A stretch of 63,364 nt of DNA, filler included, from Klebsormidium nitens (Eukaryota; Plantae; Klebsormidiophyceae), in the NCBI GenBank assembly GCA_000708835.1. It is 4 parts of 4 records of this genome, joined end to end, with 100 filler letters (N's around TTAATTAATTAA, not from the genome) between each part and the next. Parts side by side here need not be neighbours in the genome. Positions count along the whole stretch, not along the records: positions 24,786 to 42,717 come from DF237978.1; positions 42,818 to 63,364 come from DF237106.1; 2 more parts are not named here. One strand, written 5' to 3'. Under the pieces are notes generated by a model that saw only the letters and a program-made list of their open reading frames with translations, did not search any database and was not told the DNA's origin. This document shows positions 37,218 to 49,878 of this stretch, in pieces (position 1 is the stretch's first letter; each line of letters starts with the position of its first letter). The position numbers were made by a program, and so were the translations under genes.

Positions 37218-39023
37218 CTAATCAAGTTGAACGGTACATGGAGGCAATCAAATCTTGTTTGCAAAAGTGTGCTTACGAGCTATTTAGCAGCCGGCGCTTG
37301 CATCTCTTTGCAGTTGCGTTCGACGTTAGAACAACCCTTCGGGACACAATTCAGATTTCTCTAGTTTGATTTTAAATAGTCATTCTCCACTTTTGCCCGT
37401 TGAGATTTCACGTTTTCTGGATTACCAAAATAAAACAGTCTTTCAAGCCGCCACGGTTCGGTTCGTCCAAATGTCAATCGCTCGGACTAGAAGAAAAGCG
37501 CTAGCGGCGATATAAAAATATCGATCAAGATCAATCACCGTCCAAGGCAATGATTTTGGATGCTTCTATATTATGCAAAAAAAAAACAGAAAACGTTGGA
37601 ACGCCATGGCAAAAACCAATATCATGCCTTCAAAATAAGGGATTGGGTATCACTGAAGAAGCCCGGGACAATCAGGGGTCATCGGCTCCAGTGGGAAGTT
37701 CCCCACACTTTCTTTCAATGGCTTTCGTGTCTCAAAAACAAGAAGGAGATGCTACAAGACCATTTCGGGCAAAAAGTGGTTCCGCAACACTTACTAGCTT
37801 TGCCGGCATTTTCCCCACATTCGGTCCGTTTGCAAGTACCTGGAGGAGGTCCACGTAGTGGGTTGCGTCCAATCTATGCTCAACCCTTTTATTGCCAATT
37901 TTCCTCAAGAGGAGTTTCGTGACCCCCTTTTTGGCAGCCTCCTTTTGGAGGAGGCTGATATCAAGGGCGCTTATAGTTTCGTCCCCTTGACCGCCATTCC
38001 GCTCAATGAGGCCTGCCTTGAATCTCCGAAGGGCCCATACCGGCAGGGTAGCTATGAGCGAGATTTCGCAAGGGAGGAAGAAGCGACAGCGGCTAGCGAA
38101 GGAGAAGCTCCATCGAAAGCGGGGTCCACTTGAAGATTTCGGATCCACGGAATCCGAGAATGTTGCTTTCGTCTAGAAAAAGAGTCCCGGAAAGAGCGCT
38201 CGAAAGCCACGGCGAAAAGCAGAACGCGGCCAGGGGAGAGGTGGATGAAGTCGACTTACACTGGACCCTCGACATCCTGTACGCCCAGCACCAACCGGAT
38301 CTTCGTATTGAAGAAGTGCAAGCGCCTCCTCTGGATCTCAGAACGGCAAACCCTGGGACGGATCCAAGACAAATGACGGGATCTGACCAAGCACCGTCGC
38401 TAGTTACCGGTAAGCCTCAACGCCATTGACGAGGACATCTCTGCCAACAAGGTTTTTGGTCACATGGAACATCCCCTGAAGCACGTCTGATTCAAGTGCT
38501 ACCTGTGGGGTCAACCGTCGATCCAGTTCTCTAACGAGTAGTTCAGAGGGGTCGGAACGTTCGTGCCGGGCCCTCTTCGCTATTCCCTTATTGAATTTCG
38601 CATTTTTGACGGGAATGGCGAAGAAGGCCCGGCACGAACGTTCCGACCCTAGAGGAAAGTACATCGAATTTTTCGTCGGACCAATGGTCAGGTAAGGTTG
38701 CGAAACGGCCAGGGCCGGCGCGCAAACATTTGAAAAATAGTAGTACGAAACGGGGTTCTAAAGTTTAAAACCGGGGGCGGGGAATAAAAGCTATATTTAC
38801 TAACTTGCACGCTACACAGCGCAAAGGCTGGAAAAAGCTTGTTGATCCTCCCCTTTTACCTCCAAAAATTGCTGCGAACTTTTTACCATCGGAAGATTGC
38901 GATTTCAACCAAAGGCCACAAGAGGCAGGTGTTGGTATTAACGGAGCGACCGTTGGCGGCCGTTGACTGTCACTTTTGAAAGAAAGGAGCGGTTAGCAAG
39001 GGATTCGATTCGACTCGGCGCTA

Positions 39024-42000
39024 TGTTGAGATTCGGGCGTTACTTAAATGAGTACGCCCTAATATCCTAGACAATTCGTAGCCGTCGATTGAGGCTTCGG
39101 TAGGCCGAGTATCGACCGTAGGATGGCAAGTTATTTGGTACATGTTCTCACGCAATATCGACCGTCCGATCGTGAGTCGAGTCGAGTGATTTAGGGGCCC
39201 CGACCACTAGTGTGTAGTAGCCCCGACCTAGTAGTACGGTACTACCGACCTTCGGTATAGTACTACCGACGACAAGTCCGAGTGGTAATCAGCCCGTATA
39301 GCGAGTCGTATAGTGACCCGAGTGCGTCATATAGTGACCTGGTCACTTGGATAGGACTTCATGTAGTTGAACCGACTAGTGCCGGGAAGAGGTGGACTAG
39401 GCTAGTAAGGCTAGGGTACACCTACCCACGAATTTGAAATGCCTTGGACATTGCCATGGAATGGATTATCATTCCTAGTAGTTGTGAACTTGAAAGGCGC
39501 TTGCTTTCAACAGGTTATGGGCCCATGACGCTAGGGAGTGAGGGAAGAGTAGTAAGCCATAGCTAGCAACGACAATTCTAGGTTGGTGAAAGGTATTCCA
39601 GTGGGTACTAAAGGAGTGGAGTAATACTCTATCTCGCGACGCCCGTGAAAATACCCACAAACGTTACTCGGCACAAAGGAGTGCCCAGCCCAAGAAGCGT
39701 TGGTTGGCTAGCGGTAAAGATGGCTGAAGGAGTTAACCGTCTAGATGTTGACAACTATACGGTGTGAGATTGCAACTTCTTTCGACAAACAAGAAGTTGT
39801 GGAAAGGGTCGCGGACCCGGCCGGAATGCGGAGAGGACCGAGGAAGCAAGAGCTTTGATAGGCTTGCACATCTGGGAACAGCACCTAGGGGCAATCTTAG
39901 CAGCTGAGAATGCCAAGGTAGCGTGGGACGCGCTGAAAAAGACCTACAAGAGCAAGAGTGCGGCTCGGAAGTTGCAACTCCTTCATGAGTTGAGCACCCT
40001 CAAGATGCAATCCAGTGAGTCCGTTGCCGCCTATGTGGGTAGAGCCCAAGACCTTTACCGGGATTTGCTAGCCGCCGGCCCCGACATGAAGCCGGATGAC
40101 CTATCCTTTAGCGTGCTTGCCGAGTTGTCAAGCCGGTTTGAGGGGGGTAGTAACGATGTTGACCACCACCAAGGAGGAGCTAGGCAAGGTGGAAGAGCTT
40201 CTCCCAACGTTGCAAGTGTTTGAGCAAAGGCATGGGCTGTTTGGGGAGCAAGACAGCGAGGCCTTGGGCTCGGCAACGGCGGTGGCCTACGCGGCCAAGG
40301 GTGGCAACTTTGCCGGCAAGGGCAAGGGTGGCCCCGGGAAGGCTTCCATGGCTTGCCACAAGTGTGGTAAGTTGGGGCACTTTGCAAGAGAGCGCAGGTC
40401 GGGGCCTCGAGAGCCGGAGACGCCCAAGGCGGGGAAGAAGTGCTACATTTGAGGTAGCCCTGACCACTTCAAGAGGGAGTGCCCGAAGAAGGGGGAAACC
40501 GGGGGCCGGCAAGGGGTAGCCTTTGTAGCCGGGGACGGGGTCGAGACCGGAAGGTGGATTGTTGACTCCGGGGCTAGCCAACACATCACGGGGGTCAAGA
40601 GCTCGTTCTCAACGTTGGAGATGCTTGAGCCGGGGACTCGGGCAATCAAGTTCGGGAACAAGGGGTTCTTTCAGGAGCCGGGGTTGGCACCGTGGAGTTG
40701 CGGTGTGAGATGCACTCGGGAGAGCGGGTTAACCTCTCCGTGAGGTGCTTACGTCCCGGGTGTGGCGTAGAACAGGTCTGCTCGGTGAAGAAAGCAACCG
40801 CGGTAGTAGGGGCCGAGGTTGTGTTCCGCGGGGTGGTGTGCGAAGTGTCCATGGACGGGGAGGTCATGCTTCGGGCGGAGGAGAACGCGGAGGGCTTGTC
40901 GGTGATTTGCCAACCATCGGCAACGTGGGAGGACACGTGCTTGCTCGTGAGGGAAGCCGAGAGCCCGGTGTTGTGGCACCGGAGGTTGGGGCACGCCGAA
41001 AATGAGAGCTTGGCCAAGATGGTCGAGGGCCCGGGGTTGGTCCGGGGTGTGGGCACTGGGGGTCAAAGCGGAGGCGTTCCGGGAGGAGAAAACGTCGGTG
41101 TGCGAGCCTTGCATCATGGGGAAGCAAACCCGGGAGCCGTTTCCCAAGGAGTCGGACTCCAAGAAGAGTACAGAGCCTCTCGAGCTCGTGCCCATAGATG
41201 TGTGCGGGCCCATGCCGGTAACGTCGAAGGGGGGGAGTAGGTACTTGGCCACTTTCCTCGACGACTTTAGCAAGCTTTCGGTGGTGCAACCGATGAAGCG
41301 GAAGAGCGACGTCACGGCGGTCACAGAGAGCGTGTTTGCCCGCTTGGAGTTGCAATCCGGGAAGAAGGTCAAGTCGGTGCAAACGGACCGGGGCGGGGAG
41401 TACGTCAACGAAGGAATGATGGCCCTCCTCGGAAAGCGAGGGACGGTGCAACGGACCACGGCGGGGCACTCTCCGAAGAAAACGGCTCGGCGCAGCGGTT
41501 GAACCGGACGCTCGAGGAGAGAGCGCGGACTTTGCTAGAGGATGCCGGATTGAAGCCAAACGCGTGGGCGGAAGCGATGGTCACTGTTAGAATTCGGTGA
41601 TTATAGTCAGCCGAATTACTGTGATTAGGGTTCGGCCCGAGTCAGGGTTTGAACTAGTGAACGCCGACGTGCGTGTACGGCGGTTAGACGGTTAGACCGT
41701 TAGGCGGTTTGGAGGTTAGGCGGTTGAGAGCGGCCGTCAGTGTAAGCCAGCCGCAAAACTTCGCGTTCTCGCTGGGAATCGAACCCAGTCCGGAAGCCGC
41801 ATTTTTGTTAGAAGTATTTGCGCACTGCCACTCGGGCCACACTGGCGCCAGTGTGGCCCGAGTGGCAGTGCGCAAATACTTCTAACAGTTTCATCATTCA
41901 CGGCTAACTACACCCGGAACCGGGTGCCCTCGAGCGTGCACGGCAAGACGCCGTGGGAGATGTTCTACGGGGAGAAGCCGAACCTTAGCCACTTGCAGGT

Positions 42001-42681
42001 GTTTGGGGCGCGGGCCTACATCCACGTGCCAAAAGGAAACCGGAAGAAGATGGAGCCCGTGAGTGAGCGAGGGGTGTTTTTGGAGTACGAGCTCAACTCT
42101 AAGTCCTACCGGGTCCTCCGAGAGCGGGATGGTAGGGTTTTGACTTCCCGCAACGTCATTGTGGATGAGCGTGGGCCCTTCGTGATCCTTGAGCTTGGCT
42201 CCGATCCGGGGAAGGAGGAGGGGGGTGCTCGCGGCCCTAGTCGTGTGAGCCCCCCAACTCGGATGGGTGTAGGGGCTACCCCTACGGGGGAGGCCGGCAC
42301 CGGGAGCGAGAAGTCCGTTAAAACGGATGAAGAAGAGACGGCGGAGCGAAGATACCCCGCTAGAGCGAGGCGGGCGCCCGGGGAGTGGTATCGGGCGAAT
42401 TTGGCAGCGGAAACGGGGGAGCACCCCAAGAGATTGGGGGAGCATCCGAAGCCGCAAACCTATCAAGAAGCCGTAGGGGGCGAAGAGAGTGAGCTTTGGC
42501 GGAACTCGATGGACGAGGACATGCGGTCCTTGTTGGAGAACGGGACGTGGGAGATCGTCGAAAAACCGGAAGGGGTAGAGCCGGTTCCCATGACGTGGGT
42601 TTACAAGATTAAGCGGGATGCGCTTGGGAACGTGGGCGGTATATGTCTCGCGTGGTGGCGAAAGGGTACTTGCAAAAGCAC
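39024..42681 (+). mobile_element. Decayed Ty1/copia element (5' LTR 39024-39512, PBS, broken gag-pol)
   Basis: LTR TGTTGAGATTC...CTTTCAACA is followed by GGTTATGGGCCC. Gag (RLDVDNYTV, KSKSAARKLQLLHEL), CCHC knuckles, protease WIVDSGASQH, LWHRRLGH, integrase DVCGP / FLDDFSK / TDRGGEY, and RT start WEIVEKP...TWVYKIKRD, with many frameshifts and stops. Confidence 0.92.
41585..41896 (+). mobile_element. Composite insert in copia integrase: family Y LTR ends enclosing the tRNA-headed palindromic element
   Basis: Splits EAMVT|ANYTRNR. Flanked by GTCAC and TTCAC. Y start at 41585-41748, palindromic element at 41745-41887 (minus), Y-like end GTTTCATCA. Confidence 0.75.
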
Positions 42682-42717
42682 TGTTGAGATACGCGCATTT
42701 AGGGACCGAATCTCTGG
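42682..42717 (+). mobile_element. LTR start inserted in copia RT, truncated by gap
   Basis: TGTTGAGATACGCGCATTTAGGG directly follows the RT codons KGYLQKH; same family as 1-23. Confidence 0.55.
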
Positions 42718-42816
42718 NNNNNNNNNNNNNNNNNNNNNNNNNNNNNNNNNNNNNNNNNNNNTTAATTAATTAANNNNNNNNNNNNNNNNNNNNNNNNNNN
42801 NNNNNNNNNNNNNNNN

Positions 42817-43133
42817 NCAAAACAGCAAACCGTTTTAAAACGCGTATGAAGTGTATTAAAACAAGGAAAGGCGACAACCCGAGGCCCTTTTGGCCTGTTT
42901 TGTCACCCTAATATACATAAATGTGCATGGATGCGGCATTCGAGCTCTTGACAAGCCGACAGGCGCCATAAAAACAAGGAAAATGATACAAATTGAACTT
43001 TTCATGCCGTTTAAAACTGTTTTAAAACGTTTTAAAAGGCAGTTTTAAAGTTTCAAAACGGCCAAACCCCTTGTTTTAATCCGCAGATACCATGTTTTAA
43101 AACTGGGAAGTTGGGGGGGAGTTGCCACCCCGG
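42817..43133. mobile_element. Probable end of a non-autonomous DNA transposon (hAT-like)
   Basis: Many TTTTAAAAC subterminal motifs ending in GTTGCCACCCCGG. The other end is not visible because of the gap. Confidence 0.35.
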
Positions 43134-43809
43134 GCTTATTCCGCTCTTCCGCCCGCCTGCTGTCGCAATTCCATGGCAGCGGAGTGCAGAGCGCCGTGTC
43201 GACGTGCGTCAAGGTGACATTACCATGACGTACGGTACACGGTATTTTCAGCAGCCTTTTTTGCTGTCGGCGTAGCAACAATCCCCTCGTGATTCAGCCT
43301 GTTGGTCGTCGAACGCAACCGCGACCCATGTGGTTGCGGGTTCAAAACTGGACGCCGACACCCTCCGAGGAATGCGAAGTACTTTTTATGAGCTTAGCCC
43401 ATTGTTTTCACGGTACCGTAGCAGAGCACGTCAGACTTTTAATAGCGCCTGTGCTGAAGAATGGGAAAGGGAAAAAGGGCATCGCCTGCGCGTACAGTAA
43501 AAATCTTCTTAGCTTCTTAGCCGATTAGTAGTGAGGGCAAACACTTTGACGTCCCAGCAGCATATCGGAAGCTTTTGTTCACCTTTTGTTCACGTTGGCC
43601 AATCTGTCTCCATGCGCAAAACTGAATAGAACGGAACCCTGAATAGAAGTCGCCAGGCCCCAAGGAGGCTGTCTTCGTTGCTCACCCTCGACCAGATTCA
43701 AGCTTTCTGAGTGGCGAAGCTGACCCTGTATTCAAATCGAAATCGAAGATGACGTCGAGGTGACGTCGTTACCATGTCAAAAATGTAGGCAACATATGTT
43801 CATGAGCAG

Positions 43810-46800
43810 TGTTAGGCGGAAGCCATTCAGGTCATGCAGCTATACAGGTGCAGATGGTCACGAAACAAGCATGCTTGAGAAGATGCGCTGAGCGGAGAAG
43901 AAAGGCGCTTGTGCAGAGGAGCGATTCCTACGAATGAATTTCACCAAGTCCGCAGCATAGAATACCTATCTGCATCTTCCCTGATACCTATCAGATCGAC
44001 GGTCGTACCTCGATCATCCAATAAATCGTACGGTGCGAAGTACTACTGATTGCAACTGGCCTAGCTTAGTCATCAACTGACAACTAGACCGGCGTACTTC
44101 TAACACTCTCCCTCAATCGTAGTACTTTTGTCCAATGGCAACGACCTGTCTGCAACGCTACTCCAACCCTATCAACTTCTTGCACTCTTCAAACTTTGCA
44201 ACTGCCAAAGCCTTGGTCAAGAAATCTGCAGGCATCTTGGTCGTCGGACAGTACTCAAACTTGAGCTCGCCCCGGATCACTCGTTCTCTGACAAAATGAT
44301 GACTGATGTCAATGTGCTTGCTCCGTTGCGACGTGATCGGGTGCTTGATCAACTGAAGCGCCCCCTGGTTGTCGCTCCACACCGTCAGTCGTCCGCTCTC
44401 CAGTCCTAGGTCCGCTGCAAGCTTCCGGATCCACAGAGCCTCCTTGGCCGCGTGCGCCGCCGCCATGTATTCCGCCTCCACCGTGCTGTACGCGACCGTC
44501 TGCTGCAGTTTGCTCGCCCAACTCACCGCTGCTCCGCCCAGCAGAAACACGTACCCGGTTGTGCTCCGTCTCGTGTCAGGATCCCCGCCGTGATTCGCAT
44601 CACAAAACCCCTCGAACTCCAGCTTCTCCGCTCCGTACGTCAGCCCCGACTCCACCGTTCCCGCTAGGTAACTCAGAACCGACTTTGCCAGCCGCCAGTG
44701 GTCCTCCGTTGGGCTGCTCATGAAGCGCGCGAGCGAAGCCGTCGCCTGCGCCAGGTCCGGCCGCGTGCAGTTGGCCAGGTACAGCAGGCTCCCCACCAGG
44801 CTCGCGTACGGGTAGCGCTCCGCGTCCAGCGGCTCTCCCTGCTTCTGCACCTTCTCGCCGGGGTTGAGCGGTACACGCCGCGCGCGCGTTGCCTCCATCC
44901 CGAACTGGTTCAGCAGGTCCAACGCCGCCCGCTTCTGCGTCAGCTTGATCGTCCTCGCCTCTCGATCGCGCGTCACTTCCATCCCCAGGAAGTACCGCAC
45001 CGGTCCCAGGTCTCGCACCGTGAAGATTCGCCCGAGCGCTGCCTTCACGTGCGCCACGACGTCCTTTTCCCCGACCACCAGACAGTCGTCGACCCAGACC
45101 GCCGTAAACGCCTTCTTCCCGTCCTCTTCTTTCCGGATGAACAGAGCAGGGTCAGCTGCAGACGGCTCGAACCCTAGCTCTCGCATCTCTGCCGCTAGCT
45201 TCAAGTACCAGGCCCGTGGTGCCTGCTTGAGCCCGTACAGCGACTTCTTCAGTCGACACGCCAGCTTCTCTCCCCCGGTCTCGAACAGCTCCGGCTGCTC
45301 CATCCAGATTTCCTCCTCCAGGTCGCCGTTGAGGAACGCCGTTTTGATGTCGAGCTGGTCGACTTCCAGGTTTTGCGCCGCCGCGACCGCCAGCAGACTC
45401 CGAAGGGTGACGTGGCGACTAACCGGTGCAAACACCTCCTCGTAGTCCACCCCCTTCTTCTGTTTGAACCCCTTGATGAACAGACGGGCCTTGAACCGGG
45501 CGATGTTCCCGTTCTCGTCCTTCTTCAGCTTGAATGCCCATTTGCACGGAATCGGTTTCACGCCGGGAGGTGGCTCTCGCAGCTCCCACGTGCCGTTTTC
45601 CTGCAGGCTCGCGAACTCTTCTTCCAGTGCTTTCCGCCAGAGTTCCGCTTCCGGGCTTCCCAGGGCTTCGTCCAAGGTCTGCGGTTCCGCCGGCTCCGGT
45701 TCCTTCGCGAGATTAGCCACGGTGGCCCAATCTTCGCAGAGTACCACTGACTGGGTCTGCGCTCGCGTTTTTCCGTCGTCTGTTCCGGTTCTGCCGACCG
45801 TTCCGCTGGGAGTTCCGTCGCGTCGTTCCGGCCGTTCCGGCCGTTCCGCTGTTCCGGTTCCGCTCTCCCTCGAGTCCTCAGCTCTGCATCCTTCTCTCCC
45901 TCGGGCACTTCTGGTTCCGCAGGAACAGGAGGGACCGCCGTTTGCAGGGGCTGAGGGGTTTCCGTTTCCCAGATTCCGCTCCCCTCGTTCCGCTCCCGCT
46001 CGTTGAACGTCACGTCCTTGCTGACGACGATCGTCCGCTTGTCTGACGTCAGCAGGATCCGGTACCCCTTTGTCCCCGGTTCGTACCCCAGAAAGATGCT
46101 AGGCTTGGAGACGGGATCGAGCTTCTTCCGGCGCTGCGCGGGGGTGTGGACGAAGGCAGGGGCTCCGAAGACGCGCAGATTGCTGATGTCAGGCTTCTTC
46201 CCGAAGAACATCTCGTACGGCGTCTTTCCCGTCTTCTTCGTCAGAGTCCGGTTTCTGACGTAGTTCGCCGTCAGAATTGCCTCGCCCCACCACTTCAGCT
46301 CCAAGCCGCTTTCTGAAAGCATTGGACGAACCTTGTCCATCAGCGTTCGATTCAACTTCTCAGCGACTCCGTTCTCTTGGCTCGAGTAGGCGTTGGTCTT
46401 CTGGTGGAAAATTCCCGTTTTCGCACAGAACTCTTTGACCTCGCCGTTCCAGTACTCTCCGCCTCGGTCGCTTTGAATCCGCTTGACTTTCAGCCCCAAC
46501 TGGTTCTCAACCAAGTTGACGTAGGCTTCCAGAGCTCTCCGCGCTTGCTCTTTGTTCTGCAGCAGCTGAACCACCCCACACCGGATGAAGTCGTCAATGA
46601 ACGTGACGGCATACCTCGCTCCGCCTGCTGACTTGCACGGAATGGTCCCGCACAGGTCCGTGTGGATGAGCTCCAGCGGTCTGCTGCTCTCTCGGTCGCT
46701 CGGGGGGAAGGGTTTCCGCGTTTGCTTCCCCAGGACGCAGTCTTCGCACAGGGTTTCGCCAGCTTTCCGAAAGGCTTGAGGGGGGGGAAGTCCTTCGACT

Positions 46801-48863
46801 AGAGAGTCTCGGGACATGGTCGCCAGGGCTTCACAGCTCGCGTGACCCAACCGTCTGTGCCAGAGTCTGGCCTGCTCCACTTGGCTGGTTGCGAACGCCA
46901 CCGGCTTCCGTTTCACCGTTCGGATCACCGACACCCCTCTCTCGTTCTCAGCCTCCAGAAATTCTTCGCCCTCCATGCTCAGACTCACCACGCTTCCCTC
47001 GCTGCTGAGCTTCGCACCCTTTGCCAGGAATCTGCTGAGAGAGGCTAGGTTCACTTGAGCTTCTGGGGTGTATCTGACTTCTTCGAGATAAACTTCCGTT
47101 TTCTCGCCCTCAGAAGTCTCACAGATCAAGGCCACTGTCCCAATCCCTTCGACCTTGACAGTGTCACCAACCCCCTGGATCTCACTTGCCTCTCCCTCCT
47201 TCACTGGTCTCAGGTCTGAGAAGAACTCTTTCTGACAGCAGAGGTGCGCGCTTGCTCCAGAGTCCAGAATCCACATTTCGGACAGATCTCTGTCAGGAGG
47301 ACTGGCGAACGCCATCGACTTCTTCATCCCTCTCTTCCCTCCTTTTGAAGAGCCTCTGTCAGATGACTTGCCTTTGTCTACCTTTGGACAGTTCCTTTCG
47401 ATGTGGCCCTTCTCCCCACATCTGTGACAGTCCTTGTTTGCGTGAGGATTCCTCGGAGCGTCTGGATTCTTTGAGCACTCTGACTGCCTGTGTCCTTCTT
47501 CTCCACAAGTCCAGCACTTGAAGCTTCCCTTCCTGCTTTTTCCGAAGTGCTGCCTGGGGTTTCTGCTCACGAAGGCCATTGAATTCGAAGTCTCAGCTTG
47601 CTCTGATTCTTCGTCTCTTTCCAATCTAGCCTCATGTTGCAGAAAGAGAGGGAGCATGTCGTCCAAGGAGATTGGCTTATCCTGCAAATCCAGAGCCATT
47701 CTTATCTCCCTGAATGATCTGGACAATCCGCAAGCTGCTGCCAGATCTACATCACCTGCATCCAGCCCTGCCTGGATTAGATCCCTCTTGAGGTCTTTGG
47801 CTCTCGCAACGTACTTCGCGGCACTTTCTCCAGGCTCCATTCTCAGTCCTGCCAACTTCTCCCTGAGCATCATCTTCCTTGCATTTGTCACAGACTGAAA
47901 CATCCTCTGGAATTCGTTCCAAGCGGTTCGAGCAGAACCGTTAGCGTCTGTGATGATGCCAAGGTACTCAGGAGAAACTCTCAGACCAATGGCAGCCAAG
48001 GCCTTCGATTGCTCTTCTTCTTCTTTGGCCTTTACCGCGTTAGTTCTCTGAGCCATCTCCTCACTTGACCTGCTCTCCGGGTCAATGCACTTTCTCAGCC
48101 CTTTCTCCGTTAGCAGAAGCTGCATCAGGACCTTCCACGTCTGGAAGTTCTCCGCTCCCTTGAGCTTCTCAATCTGGATCTTCTCTGTCGAATCTGCCAT
48201 GATCAAAGCCTGATCCCTTAGAGCCCTGTCAAACTGACCTTTGCTCTAAGCTGCTTCCTGCCTCTAAGCTGCGGTGCTCAGGATCACTGACTTACCACGC
48301 ACCCCCCAGGGAGTGCTGACTGGGCGTGGGATATTTCCCAAGGCTGTCACACCGCCACCTTGATCACCCTTACAGGGCTTCACAGGTGCCACTCAGCTCA
48401 CAGAGTCCCCCTTAGAGGATCTGGTCGTAGCCAAATGGATCAGCTGCCTTCTAGCAACTGATGCAGATCGCCTCCCAACGAACCAGCCAGAATGGTAACA
48501 AACTGTCAGCTATCCGATCCTCTAATGAGCGTCGTTCACCAACGGTGGTGTTGGTGGGCCCATAACCTGTTAGGCGGAAGCCATTCAGGTCATGCAGCTA
48601 TACAGGTGCAGATGGTCACGAAACAAGCATGCTTGAGAAGATGCGCTGAGTGGAGAAGAAAGGCGCTTGTGCAGAGGAGCGATTCCTACGAATGAATTTC
48701 ACCAAGTCCGCAGCATAGAATACCTATCTGCATCTTCCCTAATACCTATCAGATCGACGGTCGTACCTCGATCATCCAATAAATCGTACGGTGCGAAGTA
48801 CTACTGATTGCAACTGGCCTAGCTTAGTCATCAACTGACAACTAGACCGGCGTACTTCTAACA
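43810..48863 (-). mobile_element. Near-intact young Ty1/copia LTR retrotransposon
   Basis: 296-bp LTRs at 43810-44105 and 48568-48863 (TG...CA) differ at 2 positions. PBS GGTTATGGGCCC at 48567-48556; PPT GAGGGAGAG adjacent to the 3' LTR. Confidence 0.97.
44158..48200 (-). CDS. Copia gag-pol (gag, 2 CCHC knuckles, protease, integrase, RT, RNase H) with one frameshift near 45740
   Basis: CWTCGEEGHRQSEC, CHRCGEKGHIERNC, WILDSGASAH, LWHRRLGH, HTDLCG, SDRGGEY; then KARL, QLDIKTAFLNG, LKKSLYGLKQAPRAW, WVDD, CDANHGGDPDTRRSTTG, SKHIDISHHFVRE. ATG at 48200. Confidence 0.95.
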
Positions 48864-49878
48864 GATCTGTGGATCCGACTGCTCAGACTGCAAAACTTTG
48901 GGCCTGCAGTGGGAAAGTCACTTGAAAAATGATGTGACGCAGTGCCCGACCAATCGGGCTGTCGCACTAGTGCACTCCGTCTCCCGCTGGCCACTCGCCG
49001 ACGGTCACTGTTCCACTGTTGCACTGCAGTGGGCCCACAATGGATCTTACTAATGAAATAAGGTCGTAGGGCTAAGCACTCTCATCAGAATTCAAGCTAT
49101 TGAAAGTGCTCGGATTGGCGGCATTTCAAGACCCGCGGCAATGTGAGTGGGATGTGAGTATGCTTCTCAAGACTGAACGCACCTAGCCGCCGTGGAGGAT
49201 CCGGAGAATCTCCACTATAAAAGGTATGGCTTGCTAAGGGCGGGGCCGGAGTCTAACGAGCCAAATCACACCCCATTCTATCCCGAGCCAACCGTGACTC
49301 ACAAAGAGAGTGGCAGCTCAAAGGCATGCCAACGCTTCAATTTGCACAATGCCATGGGGCCCACGGTGCTCCGGCGATATGCGGGTGCCATGCGGCCCAT
49401 GGAAACCATGAATGCAATGATCATCTATGCCGCCCCTATGCCGCTCAGTAGCAGACTCAAGTTGTCAGAGGCATAGAATGTGCAGCCTCCTTCTGTCCTT
49501 CGGCGGATCACGAAAGGAACGTGCAAGACAATGCTGGAGATGGCATGCAGGCAGTGCATGATAAAAAATGCAGAATCTTTGAATGCACACTCACTTGAAT
49601 GCTCAATGCTCACTGCTCTAGGTCTCGCCAAAAAGAGAATGTTGCAAAAAGAGAAAACCGGCCCGCGACTCGCGTTGAGCAAGCGAAGGGTCCCGGTCCG
49701 TACCAAGGCATGGCTGAACAGTGCAAAAGCGTGGGTACCGCAAGAGTACCTTGCAGTGAAGCGGTACCGCAGCGCGCACAGACGCGCGAGAGCCGTCTGA
49801 TGGAGGGCTCATGGACCGGCACCAGCGGCATCGGCATCGAATGGTTCTGAGCAAAAAGTGAACAAAACAGTCGTAAGC

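Noticed and set aside
37550-38700. Several 60-140 aa ORFs upstream of the copia LTR
   Set aside because: Could be decayed retroelement gag but no motif supports a call.
41745-41850. Functional tRNA gene (Arg-UCU/Leu-like) in the palindromic element
   Set aside because: A and B boxes and the T-arm are present, but the anticodon and acceptor stems do not pair.
49192-49800. Two same-frame ORFs separated by one stop
   Set aside because: No recognisable family; may be chance.
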